Positions 1 to 8,383 of a stretch of 64,000 bases of DNA are shown in pieces. The notes below the pieces were generated by a model. The model searched no databases. It worked only from the letters and a program-made list of their open reading frames with translations, and was not told the origin of the DNA. Location: the IMG/VR virus record IMGVR_UViG_3300036851_000321, positions 1-64,000 of that record. One strand, written 5' to 3'. A program made the position numbers and the translations under genes. The stretch comes from a virus. Numbering within the stretch: position 1 is the first letter of the stretch; the number at the start of each line of letters is the position of its first letter.

Positions 1-2
1 CC

Positions 3-347
3 GAGAGCGCCCGTGAGGTTGCCGAGCGGCGCCTGCGTCGTGCCGGCTACCGTGTGATCTCCGTCGCGAATCGGGGGGCCGCTCTCGAGGTGCTGATTCG
101 TCACCCGGTGGCGGCGGTCATTGCGGACTTCGAGCTCGGGCGGGGGCTGCCAAGCGGGCTCGACCTGCTCGAGCAGGTGGGCAAAAGACGAAAAGAATGC
201 GGTCGCGTGCTCTGGTGTGCGGATCCACATTGGTGCAACCTCGCGGCCGAGCGCGGGATCTCGTGCGTGCCGAAGGGCTCGGAATACACCGAGCTGCTAG
301 CTGCGCTTGAGCGTGAGCTCGGTGGCCCGCCACGTGGGGCCGCCTGA
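3..347 (+). CDS. Response-regulator receiver (CheY-like) domain protein, 5'-truncated by window edge
   Basis: Frame is open from nt 3: ESAREVAERRLRRAGYRVISVANRGAALEVL...VIADFELG...SGLDLLEQV...VPKG; has the phosphoacceptor Asp and conserved Lys of REC domains. Confidence 0.75.
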   Translation, partial: ESAREVAERRLRRAGYRVISVANRGAALEVLIRHPVAAVIADFELGRGLPSGLDLLEQVGKRRKECGRVLWCADPHWCNLAAERGISCVPKGSEYTELLAALERELGGPPRGAA

Positions 348-1093
348 TGGCCTCCGCAAAACTACCCCCGGAACTTCCGCGAGCCGCCCCCGTCGAGCGC
401 GAGCCCACCCTCGTCCGCGGCTTCCCGATGGCACCGGGCACGAAGCACCCGCTGCCCCCGCCGCACGCCCCCCGTTCTATGTCCCCGGGACGGCAGAATC
501 CCCCGCCGGTCGACGTCGATTTCGAAGAAACCCAGGAGAGCCCCGGCCAGGATGCCCGGAGCGGGCCTGTCACGCCTCCGATCGCACCGGTGGGCGTACG
601 CGGGGAAAGACGGCCTCAGGGGCAACTAGTCCGGATATTCACCCCGACCGACACCCCGGCCGTCCAGGACGCCACGAAGCGCGAGCTTGAGCGGAAGGGG
701 TACCAGGTTGAGCGGGCGCCGGAGAGCACGGTGTCGGCGTCGGTGGCCCCGAGCCCATCCCGCCGCGGTGACGCACCCTGGTGGCGCTCAGCCGATTCAT
801 TTCTGAAGGTTGCCGGCGGCCTCGCGCTGCTCGCTGGCGGTGGACTCGCCGGCAAGGCGGCCACGGGTGCCGACAAGCCCGCCCCCGGCGTGGCCGACGC
901 CCCCGCTCAGATCGCCGAGCTCCGCGGTGATGTAGCCCGGCTCCGTGACCGCGTGAGCTCCGCCGAGCGTGACTCCGACGAGGCCCGGGCCGACGCGCGC
1001 CGGACCGCCAGACGCCTCGAGCAGACCATCACCGAGCTCGAGACGATTCGCCGCGGCATGCCCAAAATCGAGGGCCAGATCCCGGCCCGGTGA
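347..1093 (+). CDS. Membrane-anchored protein, Pro-rich N-terminus and C-terminal coiled coil
   Basis: TGATG coupling to upstream gene; hydrophobic FLKVAGGLALLAGGGLAG followed by heptads IAELRGDVARLRDRV. Confidence 0.6.
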   Translation: MASAKLPPELPRAAPVEREPTLVRGFPMAPGTKHPLPPPHAPRSMSPGRQNPPPVDVDFEETQESPGQDARSGPVTPPIAPVGVRGERRPQGQLVRIFTPTDTPAVQDATKRELERKGYQVERAPESTVSASVAPSPSRRGDAPWWRSADSFLKVAGGLALLAGGGLAGKAATGADKPAPGVADAPAQIAELRGDVARLRDRVSSAERDSDEARADARRTARRLEQTITELETIRRGMPKIEGQIPAR

Positions 1094-1107
1094 TGACCCC
1101 AGCGATC

Positions 1108-1434
1108 CTAGCGGAGCGCGTGAGTTCGCGCGTCGACTAGGATCTTCCTGCGTACGAGCGGAATCACGTCGACGTCCAGCTCGTCACCAATCGCACCGAG
1201 GATCATCGTCCGGAGTTCAGCGGCGAGGCGAGCCATTGTTGGCGCATGATCCACCCGGAGCGGTTTCATCTGGTGGCGCCGGTACAGTACCGACACAGCG
1301 GCTTCGATGTTTGATGTGTAGACGAAGGCTTCCGGCGTGTCCTTCATGTGCTCCCAGCCGGGAGCCCATCCGCCGCCAAGGACGAGCCGGTTGCCCTGAA
1401 TCTCCAGCGTCAGATTCACCAGCGGTTTCTTCAT
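1108..1434 (-). CDS. Hypothetical protein
   Basis: 108-aa ORF, protein-like composition, GAAGGCG before ATG. Confidence 0.5.
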   Translation of the reverse strand: MKKPLVNLTLEIQGNRLVLGGGWAPGWEHMKDTPEAFVYTSNIEAAVSVLYRRHQMKPLRVDHAPTMARLAAELRTMILGAIGDELDVDVIPLVRRKILVDARTHALR

Positions 1435-1498
1435 CGCCTTCGGATCCTACCACGATGACCGCCCGGTGAACCGTTGCCAAAACGGAAAGAGTTGCCCC

Positions 1499-1524
1499 CG
1501 TCTCCCGGTAGTGGCCGGATTTGA
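1499..1524 (+). repeat. Left TSD (1499-1506) and left TIR (1507-1524)
   Basis: CGTCTCCC then GGTAGTGGCCGGATTTGA; GG-initiated end as in IS1 family. Confidence 0.92.
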
Positions 1525-1567
1525 AATCGTCCGAGGTGGTTAGGGTCTGAAGCCGTAGGGTCGCGTC

Positions 1568-1942
1568 ATGGCGATCCTGCGGGAGCGGAAGGTCTGGCGG
1601 CGAGCTGACCGAGACCTACCCGAGCGTAAGCGGCTGAACCCAAATCGTCTCCGGGATGGTGAGGTAACCTATGTGCGGGCCGCGCTCGACGTGCTCCAGA
1701 TCCGGTGCGGTAGCTTGCGCAAGCTGGCGGAAGTCATGCAGATCGGGCGCATGCGCGTGACCCGGGTAGCTTCTGGCTCGCGTCGCCCAGACGTTGCCTT
1801 CGCGGTACGGCTCGCGAGGGTTGCCGGCGTGCCGGTTGAGGACATTACCCAGGGTCGGTTTGTTCGGAGCGGAGCGTGTCCTATGTGCGGGAAGCCGGCC
1901 GCCTTGGTTCAGCGAAGGCGCAGGCGTTACGCGTCGGTCTAG
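1568..1942 (+). CDS. XRE-like HTH protein with C-terminal CxxC (IS passenger)
   Basis: SLRKLAEVMQIGRMRVTRVASGSRRPDVAFAVRLARVAGVPVEDI; CPMCG. Confidence 0.65.
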   Translation: MAILRERKVWRRADRDLPERKRLNPNRLRDGEVTYVRAALDVLQIRCGSLRKLAEVMQIGRMRVTRVASGSRRPDVAFAVRLARVAGVPVEDITQGRFVRSGACPMCGKPAALVQRRRRRYASV

Positions 1943-2703
1943 TTCTGGGGCTTGGCGCGCGGTGCGTCGTCCTTGTAGACGAGCGAGAAAATGCTCTCCA
2001 CCGCCGTCAGCCACGTCTTTCGATCAACGACGGGCCACGTCGCGCCGGACGGCGGAAGGGTCCTCAGGAGACCAGCGATCGCCGGATGGATCGGACCGTC
2101 ACCCCCTCCACCGCCGTCTTGCCGACGGGGCGGATCATCAACGGGGTTTGGTGACGCAGCGGGAACAGCCCTGGCAATCGGCTCGACCAGACGATCCTTC
2201 CCATGATTAAAGAACCCACTTTGCTCCGCTGAGCGCTCAAAGGCCTGGCGTGCCCTTGCTGACTGCTTCTTCGCAACCCCCAGACCAACCATCTCCCGCT
2301 CCAATGCCGCGGCCGGAGGCAGCATGTGCCCACGGTACTTTTCGTGGATTGCCTTGTAGAGCGGAACCCTGAGAAAAGCCTCAGTGCTGGACGCTGCGCG
2401 TTGCCCACTATCCACGATTCTCCGGCCCAGCTCGGTCAGGGTAACCGCGCCCTTCTCGTTTTCCGTGAGCCCAAACGTTCGCGCCGTAGACATCCGGATG
2501 CGAAACGCGCCACTGGTTGCGCTCTGCTTCATGTACGCCGCAAGCTGGTCCACCGTGCAGCTGACGCCAGCGTTCTGGTGAATTGCCTCGGCTACCGCGA
2601 GCGCGTCGTCGAGGTCCCCGTAGGGAAACTCGATCGTGCTTCGGTCGTAGCCCCGCTCCTTCTCGGAATCGGATGACTTAATGGGGACTGCCTTGCCTGC
2701 CAT
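1939..2703 (-). CDS. Hypothetical winged-helix-like protein (IS passenger)
   Basis: FPYGDLDDAL...SGAFRIRMSTARTFGL...VTLTELGRRI wHTH-like pattern; AAGGAG before ATG 2703. Confidence 0.65.
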   Translation of the reverse strand: MAGKAVPIKSSDSEKERGYDRSTIEFPYGDLDDALAVAEAIHQNAGVSCTVDQLAAYMKQSATSGAFRIRMSTARTFGLTENEKGAVTLTELGRRIVDSGQRAASSTEAFLRVPLYKAIHEKYRGHMLPPAAALEREMVGLGVAKKQSARARQAFERSAEQSGFFNHGKDRLVEPIARAVPAASPNPVDDPPRRQDGGGGGDGPIHPAIAGLLRTLPPSGATWPVVDRKTWLTAVESIFSLVYKDDAPRAKPQN

Positions 2704-3105
2704 GGGGGCTCCTTCCGCCGGCATAGCCGGCACGGGCACTCACAAGATACGCCCCCATCCGCATTCCCGCAACGCATCAAATGCGGATTTCGGCATTGTC
2801 TCAGATTCCGCATTTCATGGCATTGTACTTAAGGCGGCAGCGTGATAGCTTTCCCTCGCTGGCCACGAAAGGCCACGAATCTCGCCAAATATGGCAACGG
2901 CCGCCCAGTGGGGTCGCCACCGACGGCCGTTGCTCATGCCCGGGCAGGTAATGCCTGAGCGGTGTCCAAACGTTCCAGGTCCGGACGCTGCTCAGACTAC
3001 CGCACGCCGCCCGCCGGGGCAATCCATTCTCAGTGGCGCGCTCGGAGCGTAGTCGTGAAAATTCGCCGCCTTACAAAAGGCCATAAGGGCTGTAAGTCCC
3101 CGGAG

Positions 3106-3318
3106 CTAGCGTTCGCTGGCTCCGGGGCTGCCCCCGGCGCCGCGTTCCGCTTCGGCGAGTAGTGCGCGGCGTGCCCATTCAGACAGTCGAAGGCCGCCCT
3201 GCCCAGCTGCCCGATCGAGCATGCGGCGCTCGTCCTCTGTAAAACGGACGGACAGGAGGGACCCTTTCGCGAGTTTCCGGGCGATGGCCGGGCGCCCAGC
3301 GCTGCGCTGCCTAGTCAC
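3106..3318 (-). CDS. Ribbon-helix-helix DNA-binding protein (MobC/CopG-like)
   Basis: LLSVRFTEDERRMLDRAAGQGGLRLSEWARRALL; overlaps transposase stop. Confidence 0.75.
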   Translation of the reverse strand: MTRQRSAGRPAIARKLAKGSLLSVRFTEDERRMLDRAAGQGGLRLSEWARRALLAEAERGAGGSPGASER

Positions 3319-4156
3319 GGGTCACCCCGTCCAAGGTCGCGTCGAGCAGCTCACCGGTGCTCCAGAGGGTCTGGCTAATACCCGCGGCCATGGCCGGCGA
3401 TACCCGAATGGTCCCGTGACGACGCACGAAATTGTAGTGCGCGAAGTGAAGGGCCGTCGCGGCAACGTGGTTCTGAATCTTCTTGCTGAATGCGTTCGTG
3501 AGACGCGTGTAGCGCCTGACGCCCATGCGGACCGTCAAGTTCTGCCGCTCGACGTAGCTGGTTGAAACGAGGTCTTCTTCGGGCGCGCCAAAGATGGGCG
3601 TCTTCTCGACCTCGATCACCTTTGGCGGGCTGTATCGGCCGGGCCCGCTCGGCTCCGCCTCGTACGTTTTGTGGAGCTGCGCGTAATCAACACCACCGGG
3701 GCCGAACTCGGACCCGATGGCGTCGATGTACGAGCGCAGCCCGTCCGTCGAAATCTGCACGCGGTTTGCTAGTCTTCGCGCAACGTCAGCAATGAACGCG
3801 TGCGTGTGCGCCGCGTCGCGCTTGCCCACGAGAAACGTGGGAACGAGCTTGGTATCCGAGTCGATGGCCACGAACGTCCAAGTGTCCCCGACAGCCTGAC
3901 GATCGTCAGTCGCGGTAACGTGACGCTGCTTCTTGCCGACGAAGGCCCACAGCTCGTCTATCTCGAGGCGGTCACATTGGAGGTTCACCATGGTGCGGTC
4001 GAGTAGGTCGGCGCAGCCGTTGCCCACACGAACGAGCAGCGTTCCGATCGTCTCGCGGTTCACGCCCGTCATACGCTCGGTCGAGCGGATCGAGCAGCCC
4101 TCAACTAGGGCGTTGACGACCGCGATCTGCTTCTCTCGGGGGAGGTTGTTGGCCAT
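3311..4156 (-). CDS. IS1-family DDE transposase, single ORF with N-terminal HTH
   Basis: EGCSIRSTERMTGV HTH; IDELWAFVGKK, STDG, TSYVERQNLTVR...RLTNAFSKK, HYNF motifs. Confidence 0.9.
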   Translation of the reverse strand: MANNLPREKQIAVVNALVEGCSIRSTERMTGVNRETIGTLLVRVGNGCADLLDRTMVNLQCDRLEIDELWAFVGKKQRHVTATDDRQAVGDTWTFVAIDSDTKLVPTFLVGKRDAAHTHAFIADVARRLANRVQISTDGLRSYIDAIGSEFGPGGVDYAQLHKTYEAEPSGPGRYSPPKVIEVEKTPIFGAPEEDLVSTSYVERQNLTVRMGVRRYTRLTNAFSKKIQNHVAATALHFAHYNFVRRHGTIRVSPAMAAGISQTLWSTGELLDATLDGVTRD

Positions 4157-4397
4157 CTCTCAATATATGTATGACATAAATAGGGGGTCCGTCAAGGGAA
4201 TATTTGTATGACAGTTGGATGGCGCCTTGAGTCACCCGGGGACTCGGAGGGGACCGAAAACCTCGCTGGGTGACCCCACTGACTGGCCCGGCGGCCGACC
4301 TTCCGATAAAACACCCATGTGATGGTTCCATGGTCGACCGGTGGCTCGGGCGGGGGCTTGACGGCCGGGCGTCAGGCGCGAAAGAGTCACCCGGGAG

Positions 4398-4622
4398 TTG
4401 GCCGATTTTCGAAAGGTGATCGAGAACGCAGCGGCCCAGGGGATCGATCTCCAGGAGGTCGCCATTCATTACGAGGGCCTTACGCCCGACGAATTGAAAG
4501 CCGTAGGCGACCACCAGGAGATAACCCACGTGATTGACGAAGGACGCGTCCTGGCAAAGTTCCCCAAGGAAGGCCTCCCGCTCTATCCCGAAAAGGCGAC
4601 GGTCCATTACCTTGGAGCCTGA
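4398..4622 (+). CDS. Small acidic hypothetical protein upstream of trpC
   Basis: 74 aa, GGGAG before TTG, stop 4 nt before trpC ATG. Confidence 0.55.
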   Translation: MADFRKVIENAAAQGIDLQEVAIHYEGLTPDELKAVGDHQEITHVIDEGRVLAKFPKEGLPLYPEKATVHYLGA

Positions 4623-4626
4623 AAAG

Positions 4627-5541
4627 ATGTCGCCGCTGCTTCAAAGAATCGTTAAACAGACGGAGGCTCGCGCGGCAGCACGTGCCGAGCGCGTCCCGTT
4701 TGCTGAGATTCGTCGACGCGCCGAAGATGACACGGCGCCGCCCCCGCGTGGGCTAGCCGTCGCTCTGGCCCGTGGGTTTTCGGTAATAGCCGAGCACAAG
4801 CGTCGATCACCTAGCGGTGGCGCCATGAACGCTCGGAACGTCGCGTGCTGTCTGGACGTATACGGCGAAACCCCATGGATCTCCGCGATCTCTGTTCTCA
4901 CGGAAGAGGACAATTTTGGGGGCAGCCTGGAAGACCTGGTGATGGCTCGCAGTCGGTGCGGAAGCAAACCATTGCTTCGGAAGGACTTCATCACAACCGA
5001 GTACCAGGTCTATGAGGCTAGAGCGTTCGGCGCCGATGCGGTGCTGCTCATGGCGGCCATTCATCGGGACCCAAGTCGCTTGCTAGCGCTGTTTGAACTG
5101 GCTCGCGACCTTCGAATGGACGCGCTCCTGGAGATCGGTCACGGGGGCATGAGTCCACCCGCCATGCGCGGGATGATTCCGGAAGACGCTGCAATCTGGG
5201 GAATCAACTCGCGGACGTTTGATGGCAGGTGGGGAGCCCGGATGGCCCTCAGTAGGGTGGTCGCGGCTGTTACTAGCCACGATCTCAGAACCGAGACGAG
5301 CCGACATGCTGCGCTCCGCTCACTTGTTCCACATGGCAAGATCGCGGTGGCTGAGAGCGGCATCATGACGGCGGATGAATTGCGCGCAACGGCGGACAAT
5401 CGATACAACGCGGCACTCATTGGGACGGCCTTCCTAAAGTCGGCGCCAATCGAGGATGTAGTCACAAGTTTTGCCCGTGTGTTCGAGCAGTATGTACCGG
5501 ACGGTGCGGGGCGACGCGTTCCTAGTTCTGCGCCCGCCTGA
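4627..5541 (+). CDS. trpC: Indole-3-glycerol phosphate synthase homolog
   Basis: IAEHKRRSPS, ISVLTE..FGGSLEDL, PLLRKDF, EARAFGADAVLL, LLEI, GINSR, AESGI, ALIGTAF. Confidence 0.9.
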   Translation: MSPLLQRIVKQTEARAAARAERVPFAEIRRRAEDDTAPPPRGLAVALARGFSVIAEHKRRSPSGGAMNARNVACCLDVYGETPWISAISVLTEEDNFGGSLEDLVMARSRCGSKPLLRKDFITTEYQVYEARAFGADAVLLMAAIHRDPSRLLALFELARDLRMDALLEIGHGGMSPPAMRGMIPEDAAIWGINSRTFDGRWGARMALSRVVAAVTSHDLRTETSRHAALRSLVPHGKIAVAESGIMTADELRATADNRYNAALIGTAFLKSAPIEDVVTSFARVFEQYVPDGAGRRVPSSAPA

Positions 5542-5824
5542 ACTCGCCCACGATAGCGACCCTGACCGCCTCCGCCGGTCCAGTAACGGGCGGCGCCCCC
5601 AGCACCGCGTGGAACCTCCGCTTCCCGCCCGGCCCGCTCTCGTGGCTCCAAGCGTAAACGCGTGACGCCTTCGGGTGGCTAACCTCGAAGACCTGGACCT
5701 CGCCCTCCCAGACGATTTGGCCCTCGTGGGTCTCCTTCACCGGGACGGATTCAAGCCACGTCGCCTCCAGGCCGTGAAGGTGGCGGATAGCGTCTAGCAG
5801 GGCTGGAAGGCCGGCGGGGTCCAT
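5522..5824 (-). CDS. Small hypothetical protein at the IS right end
   Basis: SVPVKETHEGQIVWEGEVQVFEV.HPKASRVYAWS; recalled as a frequent companion of this IS1-like group (not verified). Confidence 0.7.
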   Translation of the reverse strand: MDPAGLPALLDAIRHLHGLEATWLESVPVKETHEGQIVWEGEVQVFEVSHPKASRVYAWSHESGPGGKRRFHAVLGAPPVTGPAEAVRVAIVGEFRRAQN

Positions 5825-5879
5825 GCGCTAGTCATAGTGACTAAAAACTCGCTGGTCACCGGGCACTGTCCTAGTTTCC

Positions 5880-5905
5880 TCAAATCCGGCCACTACCCGT
5901 CTCCC
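5880..5905 (-). repeat. Right TIR (5880-5897) and right TSD (5898-5905)
   Basis: Exact reverse complement of left TIR followed by CGTCTCCC. Confidence 0.92.
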
Positions 5906-5925
5906 GAGTGGAGTCGGGGTTTTTT
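5896..5925 (+). terminator. Rho-independent terminator that is also the IS target site
   Basis: CCCG.CTCC-CGAGT-GGAG.CGGG stem followed by T6 (5920-5925). Confidence 0.65.
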
Positions 5926-5980
5926 GTCGTTTGTGGTATGCTCAGCGCGTTGTCTGACAACGCCCGAGCCTCCGCGTCTC

Positions 5981-6169
5981 ATGTCGTTCAGCGAGCTCGT
6001 CGATCTGCCGCCAGCCGACCGCGTGAAGCATGAGCTGAAGATCCTCGATGGCCTGATGGCGCGCGCGGTGCAAGACAAGGACTGGACCGGTTCGCTCAAG
6101 ATCTTCGAGAGCGCCCACGAACTCCTTCGGCGTGCGCAGCCGGGATCAGGAAAGGTATCGATCCGATGA
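5981..6169 (+). CDS. Small hypothetical protein
   Basis: MSFSELVDLPPADRVKHELK...; ATGA overlap with ParB gene. Confidence 0.5.
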   Translation: MSFSELVDLPPADRVKHELKILDGLMARAVQDKDWTGSLKIFESAHELLRRAQPGSGKVSIR

Positions 6170-6711
6170 GTGAAGCTGCAGCCGCCGAGTGGTGCGACCC
6201 GAAGTCGCTGAAGCCCTGGGACAAGAACCCGCGCAAGAACGACGATGCGGTGAAACAGGTTGCCGACTCGATTCGACGATTCGGGTTCTCGGCGCCCATC
6301 GTGGCACGCAAAGAGAATCGCGAGATCATCGCGGGACATACACGCTGGAAGGCGGCGCGCTTGCTCGGGCTCGCGAAGGTGCCGGTGCGCATGCTCGACA
6401 TTTCCGAGCACGACGCACATCTTCTCGCGCTCGCGGACAACAAGCTCGAGGAGATTGCGGACTGGGACGACGCGGCCGTCGCGCACCTGCTTTCTACGGC
6501 CAGTTTCGGCGACGCCATGCTGGCCGGCTGGAGCGGAGATGAGCTCGGCAAGATGGCCGACGCGATCATCGGCGCGCCGAAGACTGACGATAAGCAAGTC
6601 GAACTAGACGAAGGCTTCTCGGTTGTGGTTGATTGTGCTGACGAAGAAGAACAACTTCGCGTGATCGCGTGGTGCCAGGAGCAGGACATCAAATGCCGCG
6701 CGTTGATCTAG
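6166..6711 (+). CDS. Phage ParB N-terminal domain protein
   Basis: LKPWDKNPRKND.AVKQVADSIRRFGFSAPIV...IIAGHTRWKAA...LALADNK. Confidence 0.88.
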   Translation: MSEAAAAEWCDPKSLKPWDKNPRKNDDAVKQVADSIRRFGFSAPIVARKENREIIAGHTRWKAARLLGLAKVPVRMLDISEHDAHLLALADNKLEEIADWDDAAVAHLLSTASFGDAMLAGWSGDELGKMADAIIGAPKTDDKQVELDEGFSVVVDCADEEEQLRVIAWCQEQDIKCRALI

Positions 6712-7814
6712 AGCTGAGTGTAGACATTCAGCGCACCCCTCGCGTCGCTCAGCTCGAGGGGATGTTCGATGTTCCAGAGGCGAAACGCCAGACCGTAAGT
6801 TTTCATTTCGATGCGCCTATTGACGAACGAGAGTGGCAAATCGGTCTGATTGTTGGACCATCTGGCGCGGGGAAGAGCTCGGTCGCTAGACATCTCTTTT
6901 CGGGATCCATTGTGAGCAAGTGCTCATGGGACGAATCACGTTCGCTTGTGGACTCTTTCCCGGGCGGCATGTCGATTCGCGAGGTGACGGCAGCCCTCAG
7001 CTCGGTCGGCTTCTCGAGTCCGCCGGCCTGGCTCAAGCCTTTTCACGTACTCTCCAACGGTGAGCAGTTCCGCGCGACTCTCGCCCGTGCACTAGTAGAC
7101 GATCGGCCCCTCGTGGTTGTCGATGAATTCACGAGCGTCGTGGATCGAACGGTGGCGCAGATCGGATCTGCGGCAGTGGCTAAGGCTGTGCGCCGCAAGG
7201 AAGGACGGCGGTTCGTCGCCGTCTCCTGTCATGACGACATCGTAGAGTGGCTGGGCCCCGATTGGATTTTAGAGCCTCACGTGGGCCGCTTCACGTGGAG
7301 GGAGCAAAGACAACGCCCGAAGCTCGAGCTGGAAATCCGCCGCGTCAACTATTCGTGCTGGTCTCTTTTCGCACCACATCACTATCTGACCGCCGAGTTG
7401 AATCGCTCCGCGGCATGCTTCGGCGCCTTCTGGCATGGACGAATTGTCGCATTCGACGCATGGCTGCCGTTCGTCGGCAGACTCAAGGACGACCGGAAGG
7501 CGCGGCGTGGGCATCGCACGGTTTGTCTGCCTGACTATCAGGGCGTAGGAATCGGCCGCGCCCTATTCGACACCGTCGCCAGCATGTGGTCCGGGCTCGG
7601 CTACAGAGCATTTTCGCGCACGGCGCACCCAGCAGAGATTGCGAGTCGCACCCGCGGCGGCAACTGGCGACTCACGGCTCACGGTTTTACCGCTCGCGAC
7701 ACTGGCGCGCAGAAGTCCCTGGCTAAGTCACGCACCGTGAATAGACGTGCGGCGTCGTTCGAGTGGGTCGGGCAACCAATGCCGAGAGATCAGGCAGAGG
7801 CGCTTGCGTCCTGA
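6693..7814 (+). CDS. ABC-type ATPase fused to GNAT (Mom-like) acyltransferase
   Basis: GPSGAGKS, LSNGEQFR, VVDEFTS, SCH; then FAPHHYL and acyl-CoA motif RTVCLPDYQGVGIG. Confidence 0.85.
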   Translation: MPRVDLELSVDIQRTPRVAQLEGMFDVPEAKRQTVSFHFDAPIDEREWQIGLIVGPSGAGKSSVARHLFSGSIVSKCSWDESRSLVDSFPGGMSIREVTAALSSVGFSSPPAWLKPFHVLSNGEQFRATLARALVDDRPLVVVDEFTSVVDRTVAQIGSAAVAKAVRRKEGRRFVAVSCHDDIVEWLGPDWILEPHVGRFTWREQRQRPKLELEIRRVNYSCWSLFAPHHYLTAELNRSAACFGAFWHGRIVAFDAWLPFVGRLKDDRKARRGHRTVCLPDYQGVGIGRALFDTVASMWSGLGYRAFSRTAHPAEIASRTRGGNWRLTAHGFTARDTGAQKSLAKSRTVNRRAASFEWVGQPMPRDQAEALAS

Positions 7815-7912
7815 GGAAGCGGCAAGATATTCGGGGGTGCAGCTGGTGGACTACGGCTCTCATCGAGGCCCAGGCGTTCTGCTCAGCTCCGGAGCCGGCA
7901 TCATGATGGCCA

Positions 7913-8348
7913 TCATGGACGCGGCGCCAGCGTTTCGCTGGTGCGCAGACGTGGATCGTGGTGGCAATGCGATGGACTTTGCCCTGCTTGAGCGTCGGGG
8001 CGCCAGAGCCCCAGCTTACCGCTCACAGCAAACGGCTTCACTGGGTGCGGCTTTCCGAGCACGAAGGCGAATTCCCCTCTAGTAGGTTCGCAGAGGGCGC
8101 GATCGGCATCGAGCTTGGTCGCCGGGCTAACGTCGAGCAGATCGACGACGCATAGCGCGACACCGACGGGCGTGTCGTCCCCTTCGATCCTGCGAACGCG
8201 TTGCCCATCGGGTGTTCTGCTGCGGCTGCTGCTAGCGCAGATCAATATCGGGCCTCGATAGTCCGTCCGCCACGTTCTCAGCTCGACCGTCTTGCGACCG
8301 CTCGCGATGAGCGAGGCCCAGGGGCTGCCTAACCGATAGCGCGCGCAT
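7913..8348 (-). pseudogene. ASCH domain protein with +1 frameshift after codon 9
   Basis: Removing one base from the G4 run at 8321-8324 gives MRALSVRQPWASLIASGRKTVELRTWRTDYRGPILICA...GKLGLW, the ASCH consensus. Confidence 0.8.
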
Positions 8349-8383
8349 CTGGCGCTTTCCCCCAGTCTCGATTGCTCGGCGGT

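Larger units (their letters stand above)
1507..5897. mobile_element. IS1-family element with passenger genes (4391 bp)
   Basis: Perfect 18-bp TIRs GGTAGTGGCCGGATTTGA (1507-1524) / TCAAATCCGGCCACTACC (5880-5897), 8-bp direct repeat CGTCTCCC at 1499-1506 and 5898-5905, internal DDE transposase. Confidence 0.93.

Noticed and set aside
5837-5980. N-terminal part of ORF 5837-6169
   Set aside because: Crosses the IS TIR and terminator; real start more likely ATG 5981
6693-7814. ABC transporter
   Set aside because: No permease or binding protein; ATPase is fused to GNAT and paired with ParB
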